In this document: positions 17,190 through 26,223 of the stretch, one piece after another
Position numbering within the stretch: position 1 is the stretch's first letter
Layout: every line of letters begins with the position of its first letter
Origin: a virus
Lineage: Duplodnaviria > Caudoviricetes
Direction: 5' to 3' (one strand)
Virus record (IMG/VR): IMGVR_UViG_3300042195_000136
Span: 1 to 59,443 of that record
DNA length: 59,443 bases
Made by a program: the position numbers and the translations under genes
The notes under the pieces: generated by a model
What the model was told of the DNA's origin: nothing
The model's database searches: none
What the model saw: the letters and a program-made list of their open reading frames with translations, nothing else

Positions 17190-18418
17190 CCGTGCCGAAG
17201 CGGAACTTCGACGCCGAGGAACCGGCAGCCCGCGCCCACCGCCGCCGTGTTGAGTTCCACTGCGTCTCCGGCCGCGTCATCGACTGCTGCGAGACCGGCG
17301 AAACCGACTGCCCTTGCATCTGCCACAACGACACGGACGGCGACGAGCAGCCGTGAGCAACCTGTTCGCCCTCGACTGGGCCGACTGCGAACCCGACTGG
17401 GACGACGACGAAGACACGCCCCTCCTCCCGCCAGACCTCCGCGGCCAACACATCACCGCCGCACAGTTCTTCACCCTCACCGACATCCAACCCGCCGGGA
17501 GCTACCTGTGACCACGCCCGCCGACGAATTGCACACCGCCGCCGCCGAGATGCGCCGCTGGCCCGGACCCGCCGCCGAACCCCTCGCCCAACTCCTCGAC
17601 GCCCTCACCGACCTGGCCCGCGAATACCCGGACCTCGCCCACGACCACAACCGTCCGGCCTGCGACGACTACGCATGCGACGTCATGGGCCGCGCCATCA
17701 CCCTCGCCCGCGCGATCAACGCCGGAGGCCAGCCGTGACGCGTCTCCTCCCTCCGAGGTGGCGGCCCTGGCGCTGCCACTGCGGAGCCCGACACTCGCCC
17801 ATCGACACCCTCTGCCCGTACACCGGCATCCCCCGGGAGACCCGTTGACCGACCAGCCCGAACCGACCGCCCGCCAGCGCCTCATCCGCACCGGCCTCTC
17901 CCACGCCTTCGCCGACCTCGTTCTCAACCAGCACGCCCACCAGCTCGCCGAGGAGCAGCGTTCTGCCGCGCGTGTGGCGGCGGACGCCGAACACCCGAAG
18001 CTCGACCGGCGCGCCCCTGTCGGGATCCTCGTCGCTGAAGGCATCTACCAAGGCGCCGACCTCATCGACCCCGAGGCCAAGCCGTGACCGGCCGTCTGTG
18101 CGGCCTCCCGCACTACGACTATCCCGAATCCACCTGCACCCAGCCCGCCGGCCACTACCGCCGCGAACGCGACCCGCACGCTGCGCCGCTCATCATCGAC
18201 GGCCGAGAGTGCGGAGCCGTCGCCTGGGACGAACCGGAGCAACCCGCATGAGCGGCCCGTCGTCCGCGCCGAGGCCGGAGCACACACCCCGGCCCGGCGC
18301 CCTCTGGAACACCGAACTCGTCCGCGTCGAGCAGCTCGTCGACGACGACACCCCCGACCCGCAGCCGAACCGCGCCACCCGCCGCGCACTCAAACGCGCA
18401 GCACGGAGGAACCGATGA
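17186..18418 (+). other. Chain of small coupled ORFs (17186-17356, 17353-17511, 17508-17738, 17735-17848, 17845-18087, 18084-18251, 18248-18418)
   Basis: Each start overlaps the previous stop by 4 bp (ATGA/GTGA/TTGA). Confidence 0.6.
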
Positions 18419-19380
18419 CCGACCAGCCCAACACCCATCCCAACGAGCCGTGCCGCCAGACCGCGGGAATGGCCCCGCACCCGCCCCACAAGTTCATGCG
18501 CAGCCGGACCGTCTACCAGTGCCCCGGCGACTCGACACCCGCCATACCCGCAGCCGACGCCGCCCAGCTTCAAGCACAGCTCGCCGAAGCGCGCCAGCAC
18601 GCCGCCGCCATCGCCGCCCAACGCGACCGGCTCCGCCAGCGCATGAACACCCTCGCCGACCGCTGGGACCACGCCCTCCCCGTCGACAAGCCCTACGCCC
18701 GCACCCTCCGCGCCGAGATCAGCGTCGACCCGTTCGATCCCGACGGCGCCATGACTGTGCAGGAGTACACCGAGCGCGGCCGCCGGCTGTGGGTGTTCCG
18801 CTGCTGGGGCACCGAGGCGTGCGATGGCTGGCTCGGCCTGGGCCATCACACGCAGACGTCGGCACTGTTGGAGCGGGAGCGGCATGTGGCCGAGGCGCAC
18901 GCCGCGCCTGGCCCGGCAGCGACCCAAGCGGCCGACTCCACGGCCGCGCGAACCGCCCGCATCCGCAGCCTCACGCTGCCCGCATCAGGCCGCCAACTCG
19001 ACCCACACCTCAGCCGCCGACTGCCCGGGATCCTCCATCTCGGCCACCGCCCCACCAGCCTCGACATGGCGCTCATCGCCGAAGCGGCAGATGTGTCAGT
19101 GGACTGGCTGCTGTACGGCGACGCGGCCACGCCCGAGCCCGACCCGGCCGGGCTCCGCGAGCAGCCCGCGCCCACCGTGGACCGGCAGACCGCCGCAGTC
19201 CTCGCCGCTCTCCACCGCAGCGCCGAAGCCGACGTCACCCGCGTCATCGACCTGTACGAACGCTGGGTCAAAGCCGGGCCACCGCTCGGCAAGTCCATGA
19301 CCGGCTACTTCCAGTGGTGGCACGAGCACCTGGCCGAACTGCACGCCGCGATCCTCAACCCGACCAAGGAGCAGCCGTGA
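18415..19380 (+). CDS. Mosaic hypothetical protein with XRE-like HTH remnant
   Basis: PTSLDMALIAEAADVSVDWLLYG. Confidence 0.55.
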   Translation: MTDQPNTHPNEPCRQTAGMAPHPPHKFMRSRTVYQCPGDSTPAIPAADAAQLQAQLAEARQHAAAIAAQRDRLRQRMNTLADRWDHALPVDKPYARTLRAEISVDPFDPDGAMTVQEYTERGRRLWVFRCWGTEACDGWLGLGHHTQTSALLERERHVAEAHAAPGPAATQAADSTAARTARIRSLTLPASGRQLDPHLSRRLPGILHLGHRPTSLDMALIAEAADVSVDWLLYGDAATPEPDPAGLREQPAPTVDRQTAAVLAALHRSAEADVTRVIDLYERWVKAGPPLGKSMTGYFQWWHEHLAELHAAILNPTKEQP

Positions 19381-19643
19381 AGATCGTCCGCCGTTACGGC
19401 ATCAGCCCCGCCGACCGCTGCACCGGACAGAGCAGTTGCCCGGCCGTCCTCGCCCTCGACAACGGCGACTACCTCATCATCGGCAAGGCGCCCGGCGTAC
19501 CGAACATCTCGGCCCGCGAACTCGCCCAGCACGGCGCGGGCATCGGCCCCGGGGAGCAGGCCATCATCCTGCCGGCCGACGTACTGCACGCCGCCGCCCG
19601 CGCAATCGCCGAGGAGCAGCAGCGCCCGTCCGTGGCATCCTGA
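19377..19643 (+). CDS. Hypothetical protein
   Basis: AAGGAG RBS, GTGA overlap; SCPAVLALDNGDYLIIG. Confidence 0.55.
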   Translation: MKIVRRYGISPADRCTGQSSCPAVLALDNGDYLIIGKAPGVPNISARELAQHGAGIGPGEQAIILPADVLHAAARAIAEEQQRPSVAS

Positions 19644-19747
19644 AGCCGTCTGCCGGGACAAGGCCGGGACCAGGTGACTGGACCCTCCCGCCGAGCGGCG
19701 CCCCACACCGGGGGATCACGTCGCGCGGGTGAGAGGCCCCCGGAGAC

Positions 19748-19876
19748 CGGGCGCCTGCTCCCCCAGAGCAGGCGCCCGTTGTCGTACCCGCGTCGTACGC
19801 TGGGCGTTGCCCCGGTCGACCCCGCTGGCTCGGACCGGGCATGGCGAAGGCCCCGTCGTCCAGGTCGACGGGGCCT
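19748..19876. terminator. Hairpins at convergent junction
   Basis: 13-bp stem 19748-19778; 11-bp stem 19848-19876. Confidence 0.65.
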
Positions 19877-19891
19877 CGCTACACGCCGGGG

Positions 19892-20542
19892 CTACTCGGA
19901 CGGCGCGTTGACGCCCTTACGCTCCCAGTAGCGGTTGCGCTGCCGCTCTCGGTGGCATGTTCGGCAGTGCCGCTTGTTCTTGCTGTCTACATACGTGTTG
20001 GCCTCGTCGAACACGTGACCTTGCGGGCACCGAGTCCAATCGCGGTCCGGGTTGCCCTTGCCGCGAAGCACGTCACAGGCACGGCAGTACCGCGCTCCCG
20101 GGCGGGATGCAATGACCCGCGTATTCGCAGCGTCATACGGGTGGCCCTGCGGGCAGTGCGTCTTGGATGCGTTGTGGTCCGTCCCGTGCGCCCGCTTGTC
20201 GAGATTGTTCTCGCTACGGGTTCCGTACGCCAGGTTGGCCAGATGTGGGTTCATGCGGTTCCCGTCGAGGTGCCTCACCTCTTGGCCGATTGGGCGTGGA
20301 CCGAGGAAGGCCGCCGCAACGAGGGCGTGGACGGGGCGCTTCTTGGGCTTGCCGTCGCGCCACAACTCCACCGCCGCATATCCGTGTGTGTTCTTTCGCC
20401 AGTTCACGAAGATCGGGCTGCCGTCGTGATTGCGCCGCTTCATGCTTCGCACGCGCCCCTCAGGCGATACGAGGTAGTGACCCTCGAATCCGGGTATGGC
20501 CACCCATTGCTCGTCGCCACAGGTCTGGTTCTGTACGCTCAA
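19892..20542 (-). CDS. NUMOD4/HNH homing endonuclease
   Basis: WVAIPGFEGHYLVSPEGRVRS; VHALVAAAF..VRHLDGNRMN..NL..T.SEN; two CPQGH..D.ANT..C..C repeats. Confidence 0.88.
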   Translation of the reverse strand: MSVQNQTCGDEQWVAIPGFEGHYLVSPEGRVRSMKRRNHDGSPIFVNWRKNTHGYAAVELWRDGKPKKRPVHALVAAAFLGPRPIGQEVRHLDGNRMNPHLANLAYGTRSENNLDKRAHGTDHNASKTHCPQGHPYDAANTRVIASRPGARYCRACDVLRGKGNPDRDWTRCPQGHVFDEANTYVDSKNKRHCRTCHRERQRNRYWERKGVNAPSE

Positions 20543-20614
20543 CGGAGCGCCTCTCTCTTGCTTGGGTCGGGTGCTTCTCAGCCCGAGTGGCCTCTCACGC
20601 CGCTCGGGCTTCTC

Positions 20615-20911
20615 TCATTCGGCCTGCTGTTCAGGGTCCTTCTTCGGGCGCTTCGCCCACCGCGAGTACTCCGAAGCGATGTCCTGCAACGTGCTCGGCT
20701 TCACGCCCAACTCCTTCGCGATTCCTCGGAAGGTGGCTCCCTCCGGGGCGAGGAGTTCGAGTACGGCCTGACGCCTGATCTCGCGGAGTGCCTTGCTGTG
20801 GTCGGGCCACTCCTTGAGCACCCTCGCCACAGCGAGCGCGCGTACCTTCGGGTCCTCGATGTCGGCAAGACCTGCGAGAGCGTCGAACACGCGCTGCACC
20901 TCCTCTTCCAT
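20615..20911 (-). CDS. HTH repressor divergent from transfer operon (Kor/TraR-like role)
   Basis: TFRGIAKELGVKPSTLQDI. Confidence 0.75.
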   Translation of the reverse strand: MEEEVQRVFDALAGLADIEDPKVRALAVARVLKEWPDHSKALREIRRQAVLELLAPEGATFRGIAKELGVKPSTLQDIASEYSRWAKRPKKDPEQQAE

Positions 20912-20939
20912 GCCCTGTCCCTTCCGTGGGCAGGCCGCG

Positions 20940-20968
20940 TTGCCAGTGTACGGGGTATCCCGTACAGT
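20940..20968 (+). promoter_or_regulatory. Sigma70-type promoter with overlapping operator for the spd/tra operon
   Basis: TTGCCA-N17-TACAGT; inverted repeat TGTACGGG-GTAT-CCCGTACA (20947-20966). Confidence 0.7.
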
Positions 20969-21073
20969 CGGTACTGCGCAGCCCACGCTGCTCGCCAATG
21001 AAAACGGCCCGGCGGGAAATCTCACCTTCCCGCCGGGCCAGCCATCCACCTGCCGTGTACAGGAAGGACAGCC

Positions 21074-21244
21074 GTGCAAGAGCGTAACGGCCAACCATCT
21101 GGCCAGCCCACCCCCGCGCCTCTCGCGCCACGCCCGAACCAGATCCTCGCCACCCCCGCCACCGTCGAGCAATGCCAAGCCGACTACCAGGCCGCCGAGG
21201 ACGTACGCCGCGTCATGGACCAACAGGCCACCCAACGCCGCTGA
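21074..21244 (+). CDS. Small hypothetical protein (transfer module)
   Basis: AGGAAGGA RBS and GTG; 56 aa. Confidence 0.5.
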   Translation: MQERNGQPSGQPTPAPLAPRPNQILATPATVEQCQADYQAAEDVRRVMDQQATQRR

Positions 21245-21314
21245 CCCCCACACACCGCCGCGCCCCGGCACATCCCCCAGCCGGGGTGCGGCCACACATC
21301 CGATGGAGCACCCC

Positions 21315-21488
21315 ATGTGCCGTGACACCCGCACCACCGAACAAATCCAAAACGCCATCACCGCCGAGGCCACCCTCGCCCGCCAGATCGAAGACGACCC
21401 CATGTCCACCCCGCAGCAGCGCGACCTCGCCGACAAGCTCCACGAGCAGATGAACGCCGAACTGGAAACGCTCGACTGCCGCCGCTGA
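21315..21488 (+). CDS. Small hypothetical protein (transfer module)
   Basis: GGAG RBS and ATG. Confidence 0.5.
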   Translation: MCRDTRTTEQIQNAITAEATLARQIEDDPMSTPQQRDLADKLHEQMNAELETLDCRR

Positions 21489-21578
21489 CCGGTAGCCCTC
21501 GGCGCGCGTCCCCACCCGGTACGCGCGCCCTGGAGATCCGGCCAGACCCATCCGCCCCGACCACACCCGGAGACCGCA

Positions 21579-21818
21579 ATGCGAAGCCACCTGCTCCGCA
21601 ACCTCCTCATCGGCGCCCTCCTCGTCCTCGCCGCCATGCACCCCGAAACCGCCAACACCATCGCGCAACTCGCCGCCGGGATGGTCCTCGCCATCGTCAC
21701 CGGCATCGCCGAAGCCGCCGCCCACCAGCCCGAGGCCGCGCTCCTCACCGCCGGCGCCTGCTACATCGCCCACCAGATCCGCACCCACCGCCCCCGCACC
21801 GCCCGCGCCCGCCACTAA
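21579..21818 (+). CDS. Small membrane protein (Spd-like)
   Basis: Hydrophobic, 79 aa, upstream of Spd/TraB genes. Confidence 0.6.
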   Translation: MRSHLLRNLLIGALLVLAAMHPETANTIAQLAAGMVLAIVTGIAEAAAHQPEAALLTAGACYIAHQIRTHRPRTARARH

Positions 21819-21833
21819 CCTCGGAGCCTCGAA

Positions 21834-22715
21834 ATGAACCGCGACGACCTCTACGCCCGCGCCACCGCAGTCATCGACGCCAAGCACGACAAGAGCACCG
21901 CCCGCAAACGCGGCGCCCTCGACACCGCCATCCTCGGCACCGTCCCCGTCCTCGCCGTCGCCGTAGCCTTCGCCTCCGGCTGGTCCCTCTACGACCTCGG
22001 CCGGCACTTCCACATGCCCGGCTGGGCCGCGTGGGCCGTGTTCGCGCTCATCGACGTCGTGTGGTTCCAGTCCGCGATCGTCGTCATCAAAAACCAGCAG
22101 TCACCACACCGGGCGATCGAAGCCCACAAGCGGATGCAAGGTATGTTCGCCGTGTCGGTCGCCGCGAACTTCGCCCACGGCCTGATCCTCTTCGGGGCCA
22201 CCGTGAACGGGTTCGTTGCGGGCGCGGTGTTCGCGCTGTTCCCGATCGGGTTCAAGGCGGCGTTCTCCAACGCCTTCCCCGACTACGTCAAGCGCGCCCG
22301 CAACGCCGGGTACGGGGGCGAACTGGAGAAGGCGTTCCACACCGAGGCGCTGATGTTCATCATGGCGGGCGTGGACCAGGTGAAGGCCGAACTCGGCCAA
22401 GCGCCGGACCGGCCGCAGGTCACCGTGGACCGCACACCGGACCGCCCCGAGTCCACGCTGGTTAAGCCTCCTGACCAGGCGGTGAACCAGATCGAGGCCA
22501 TCCCTGAACCGGCCCCGGTTCAGCCGGTCCAGGCCGCGGTGAACCGGCCGGATCAGCCGGTTCAGATCGACGACCAGGTCAACGAACTCCTTCGTCGTCT
22601 CAAGCTCGGCGAGCACATCACCAAGCCGACGGCAGCCAAGATCCTCGGCATCCCCGAGTCCACCGCGTACCGGCGTCTCACTGCCGCCCAGGCGCTCCTG
22701 AACCAGTACCGCTGA
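21834..22715 (+). CDS. Spd-like spread protein: 4 TM, Pro-rich linker, C-terminal HTH
   Basis: Four hydrophobic helices, SVAANFAH motif, TKPTAAKILGIPESTAYRRL. Confidence 0.7.
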   Translation: MNRDDLYARATAVIDAKHDKSTARKRGALDTAILGTVPVLAVAVAFASGWSLYDLGRHFHMPGWAAWAVFALIDVVWFQSAIVVIKNQQSPHRAIEAHKRMQGMFAVSVAANFAHGLILFGATVNGFVAGAVFALFPIGFKAAFSNAFPDYVKRARNAGYGGELEKAFHTEALMFIMAGVDQVKAELGQAPDRPQVTVDRTPDRPESTLVKPPDQAVNQIEAIPEPAPVQPVQAAVNRPDQPVQIDDQVNELLRRLKLGEHITKPTAAKILGIPESTAYRRLTAAQALLNQYR

Positions 22716-22778
22716 CCGTCCGGCCGCCCCGGCCCCCGCTACACGCGGGGGCTCGCCTGTCTCTGCGGAGCCCCCACC

Positions 22779-24539
22779 GTGAAGATCGACCGCGTCGACA
22801 TCATCACCGCCATCACCGTCCCCAGCATCGTCTCCGCAGCAGCCCTGACCGCCGACGGCGTCTACGGCACCACCGCAGCCGCCATCGAGTTCGGCACCGC
22901 CCTCGCGGCAGGGAAGCTGTCGTTCGTGTCCTTCGCGAAGAAGTGGCCAGCCTCGCTCGCCTGGGGCAGCCTCGCTCTCGCCGGCGTCTCCACGCAGGCG
23001 TGGCTCACCGGCACGGTCGGCGGGTTCGCCGCCCTGTACGGGTACGCCATCAGCGCGGCCGCCGTGTTCGGGGCGATGGTCAAGCACCGGCACGACGCCC
23101 GCCACGACCAGGTCAAGCTGGACCACGAGTCGGTGAAGCTGAACACCGCGCTTATCCGGCAGCAGATGGCCCACCATGCCCTGGTTCAGAAGACCGCGCC
23201 CGAACCAGTCCAGTCCGGACCGAACCTGACCGGCCGGACCGTGGAAGAAACGCGCCTGCGGACCGTGGTCCATGAACTGTTCACGGCCGAACTGCCGGGC
23301 TGCACCGTGGAACGGACCCGCACCGGCTGGACCGCCGTCCTGGACCTGCCGGTGAACCTGGACCGAAACAAGCTCAAGTCCGCCTGGCCCAGGGTCGCCT
23401 CGGGGATGGGCGTGGCCGGGGAGTTCATGCTGGAAGACGGGGCGCTCACGAACCAGCTCATCGCCCGGTTCATCGACGGCGACCCCCTCGAAGCCGTGGT
23501 CCCGTACCAGCGGTTCACCGCAGGCCGGTTCACCGACCCGATCACGCTCGGCGTGGACCGGTTCCTGAACCCGGTCACCGTTGAACTGGCCTACGCCCAC
23601 GCCCTCGTCGCTGGTTCATCCAAGTTCGGGAAGTCCACCCTGGTTCGGTCCATCGTCCTCCAGCTCGCGGACCGGCCCGACATCGTGGTCTACGGCGTCG
23701 ACCTCAAACCGGGTGCGCCGGAGATGACGCCGATGCTGCCGATCCTCCAAGATCTCGCGCAGACCCCGGAGCAGGCGCACGCCTTCCTCGACTGGCTGAA
23801 GGCCGAGTTGCAGGAGCGCGGCGAGATCCTCGCCGCCGCTGGTGACCAGGAGTGGGACCCGGTCAAGCACGGTCGGCCTGCACTGTGGGCGGTGTTCGAC
23901 GAGCTGGGCGAGCTGGTCCGGCAGGCCGACGTGGGTGAGTGGAAGAGGGATCCGGCGTCGAAGAAGCTGGAATCTCTGCTCGCTTTGGCCCGGTTCGCGG
24001 GCATTCATCTGATCGCCGCCACCCAGCAGCCGTCCCGGAAAGTCTTCGGCGGGACCACCGACGCCCGCGGCAACTACAGCGTCCGCATCAGCACGCGCAT
24101 GGCGGACCGCGACCACCGCCGGTTCATCTTCGGCACCACCCCCGGATGGGAACCCGGCGACCTCGACGCGCCCGGAAAGTTCCTCCTCCAGTCCCCGGAC
24201 CACCAGCAGCCGGCCCCGTACAAGGGCATGTGGCTGACGAAGGACGAGTTCACGGCGGAGGTCGCCCGGATCGGCGCGGATACGGTGAAGGCGCCGGTGG
24301 GGAAGCGGCTGGTCCTGCCCGTCAGCGGGGGGACGAATCAGGACAAGGTGAGGGCCGCGCTGGCGAAGTACGGGAACTGCACACGCCGCGAGCTGGAGGC
24401 CGCGACCGGGCTCACGGAGAAGCAGGTACTCGATGCGGCCCGTGCGCTCGGCCCGGAAGTGGAGCGCTGCGCCGACACCCAGACGTGGCGGATCCTGCCA
24501 GCGAAGGCGTGGGAGGCGCAGGCCATAGCGACGCAGTGA
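22779..24539 (+). CDS. traB: TraB-type FtsK/SpoIIIE conjugative DNA translocase
   Basis: N-terminal TMs, GSSKFGKS Walker A, VDLK, VFDE Walker B, ARFAGIHLIAATQQPS, C-terminal wHTH (TRRELEAATGLT). Confidence 0.85.
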   Translation: MKIDRVDIITAITVPSIVSAAALTADGVYGTTAAAIEFGTALAAGKLSFVSFAKKWPASLAWGSLALAGVSTQAWLTGTVGGFAALYGYAISAAAVFGAMVKHRHDARHDQVKLDHESVKLNTALIRQQMAHHALVQKTAPEPVQSGPNLTGRTVEETRLRTVVHELFTAELPGCTVERTRTGWTAVLDLPVNLDRNKLKSAWPRVASGMGVAGEFMLEDGALTNQLIARFIDGDPLEAVVPYQRFTAGRFTDPITLGVDRFLNPVTVELAYAHALVAGSSKFGKSTLVRSIVLQLADRPDIVVYGVDLKPGAPEMTPMLPILQDLAQTPEQAHAFLDWLKAELQERGEILAAAGDQEWDPVKHGRPALWAVFDELGELVRQADVGEWKRDPASKKLESLLALARFAGIHLIAATQQPSRKVFGGTTDARGNYSVRISTRMADRDHRRFIFGTTPGWEPGDLDAPGKFLLQSPDHQQPAPYKGMWLTKDEFTAEVARIGADTVKAPVGKRLVLPVSGGTNQDKVRAALAKYGNCTRRELEAATGLTEKQVLDAARALGPEVERCADTQTWRILPAKAWEAQAIATQ

Positions 24540-24564
24540 ACGTGCAGGTCAGCGGCCAGTTTCA

Positions 24565-24643
24565 GGGGGTCGGATAGGGGGTCGGCTCGGGGCGTGGTCA
24601 CGGTCGGGTTGAGGGTCGGCCGCTCGCCCCGGGTTCCGACCCC
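24565..24643 (+). repeat. clt-like short direct repeats after traB
   Basis: GGGGGTCGG at 24565 and 24577; GGTCGG variants near 24602 and 24614; inverted CCGACCCC at 24636. Confidence 0.5.
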
Positions 24644-24760
24644 GAACTCCCGGCCGGCCTGCCACACTGAGTCTGCGCGCCGGGTCACGCCCGGCACCCC
24701 CGAGGAGGCCTCGCTGTTCGTCCCCCCGACGGCGAGGCCTTCGCCTGTTTCCGCCCGCAC

Positions 24761-24782
24761 TGTCGGTGCCGGCCGCTACGAT
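24761..24782 (+). promoter_or_regulatory. RecA-NDp/PafBC-type promoter motif
   Basis: TGTCGG-N10-TACGAT, 30 nt upstream of the lipoprotein start. Confidence 0.5.
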
Positions 24783-24812
24783 CCGGCGCATCATCACGTC
24801 CTTGGGGGGACC

Positions 24813-25154
24813 ATGCGCCGTACCGCTACCGTCGTGTTCGCTGTCGTCGCGCTCGCACTCGCGGGCTGCTCCTCGGGCGGTGAGGATGATCCCCCGAAGA
24901 CCGTCACGGTCACTGCGTCGCCGTCGTTGTCTGAGGCTGAGGCGCGGCAGGCGTGCGTGGACGAGTGGCTGGTGGTGCTTCAGGAGACGCCGGATGATGC
25001 GCCGGATGTGGAGGATAAGCCTGCCGTGTGCGAGGGGTTGTCGGGGCAGGCGGCGATGTACGCGGAGGCGCTGATGGCGCGGAATCAGGCGAACCGGGAT
25101 AAGCATGATGCGTGCACGAGGGACCCCGCATGCACGAGCTGGCCGGCGCCGTAG
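24813..25154 (+). CDS. Lipoprotein
   Basis: Signal peptide MRRTATVVFAVVALA followed by LAGC lipobox. Confidence 0.8.
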   Translation: MRRTATVVFAVVALALAGCSSGGEDDPPKTVTVTASPSLSEAEARQACVDEWLVVLQETPDDAPDVEDKPAVCEGLSGQAAMYAEALMARNQANRDKHDACTRDPACTSWPAP

Positions 25155-25167
25155 CCGTACACGAGTT

Positions 25168-25201
25168 GGCCCCGCTCCGGGAACTGTCCGGGCGCGGGGC
25201 C
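25168..25201. terminator. Hairpin between convergent genes
   Basis: GGCCCCGC...GCGGGGCC. Confidence 0.5.
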
Positions 25202-25205
25202 TTCG

Positions 25206-25610
25206 TCATGCGGCGGGTGCGTCGGTTGGTAGGCGCCAGCAGGCGTCCGTGCACGCATCACCATCGTGCGGATAGCCCTGCTGATCGAGGTCGTCGAATT
25301 CCGCCGTCCGCATAGCGGCCAGGCACCACGTGCCCTTTTCTGTGAGCCACGCCCCGCTCTGGCTCGATCCGTGCTCGATCAGCCCGGCTCGGTCCATGGC
25401 GCCGAGGACGATGTGGTGGGCGCCGGGAATGTTCCCGGTCAGGGCTTCGGCGGTCTTCCAGCGGGAGTCTTCGTAGAGGGGTGCGAGGCTGAGGAGGTCT
25501 CGGATGAGGTCGTAGGCGGCTTCGGGGTTGCCGCATCCGCAGAGGCCGAGGCCGTGGGTGTTGTCGTAGAAGATGACGTAGAGGTGGGAGAGGACGTCGT
25601 TGCGGCTCAT
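25206..25610 (-). CDS. Hypothetical protein (wHTH-like C-terminus)
   Basis: LCGCGNPE; GLIEHGSS..GAWLTEKG. Confidence 0.65.
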   Translation of the reverse strand: MSRNDVLSHLYVIFYDNTHGLGLCGCGNPEAAYDLIRDLLSLAPLYEDSRWKTAEALTGNIPGAHHIVLGAMDRAGLIEHGSSQSGAWLTEKGTWCLAAMRTAEFDDLDQQGYPHDGDACTDACWRLPTDAPAA

Positions 25611-25981
25611 GGGGTGGTCTCCTCACCCAGGCACGACACGCTGCCGAACCATTCCGAGTAGCGGACCCCGCAGCGCACACACCGCCGCTCCAGCCCAGAC
25701 CCCGGGCGCTGAAAATCATGCTGCCCGTGAGGCGGGTCGCCCATCTGTTGGCGGCGCCACTCCAGCTCGGCGAGCAGGCTGCGCGTCGTGTCGTAGTCGA
25801 CGGCGCGCGCCGCGCCTTGCTCGCTGATGGTCTGCAACATGCTGTCGATGCGCTGTTGCTGGCGTTGCTGTTCACGCTTCTCTCGGTGCTCTCGCAGTTG
25901 GCGTGAGGCTAGGGCGCGTTGTGAGGGGTGGAACTTGTCGAGCCAGTCGGCCTCTTCACGGGGTGTCATGCCGTCGCTCAT
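25607..25981 (-). CDS. Hypothetical protein
   Basis: ATGA-coupled; CVRC motif. Confidence 0.55.
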   Translation of the reverse strand: MSDGMTPREEADWLDKFHPSQRALASRQLREHREKREQQRQQQRIDSMLQTISEQGAARAVDYDTTRSLLAELEWRRQQMGDPPHGQHDFQRPGSGLERRCVRCGVRYSEWFGSVSCLGEETTP

Positions 25982-26223
25982 GCGTTCTTCTCCTCGCCCG
26001 GACGCACCGGGCCTGCGGGCGGGTCGATCAGGTCGGCGGCTTCCCGCGCTCCGTCGGACTCGTGCCGCTCCACGGGTCCCAGGATCTCGGTTTTGTCGGC
26101 GTAGGCCCGGATCTTCTCGGCGAGGGCGTGGTCGTAGGCGTTCATGTGCTGCTCGAACTCCTCGCGGCTGATCCGGTCGGGGTCGATGCCGAGGCTGTCC
26201 CATAGCTCGTCGCGGGCGCTCAT
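25978..26223 (-). CDS. Hypothetical protein
   Basis: ATGA-coupled. Confidence 0.55.
   Translation of the reverse strand: MSARDELWDSLGIDPDRISREEFEQHMNAYDHALAEKIRAYADKTEILGPVERHESDGAREAADLIDPPAGPVRPGEEKNA

Noticed and set aside
19841-21001. 386-aa plus-strand ORF
   Set aside because: Antisense shadow of the NUMOD4-HNH and HTH genes; no motifs
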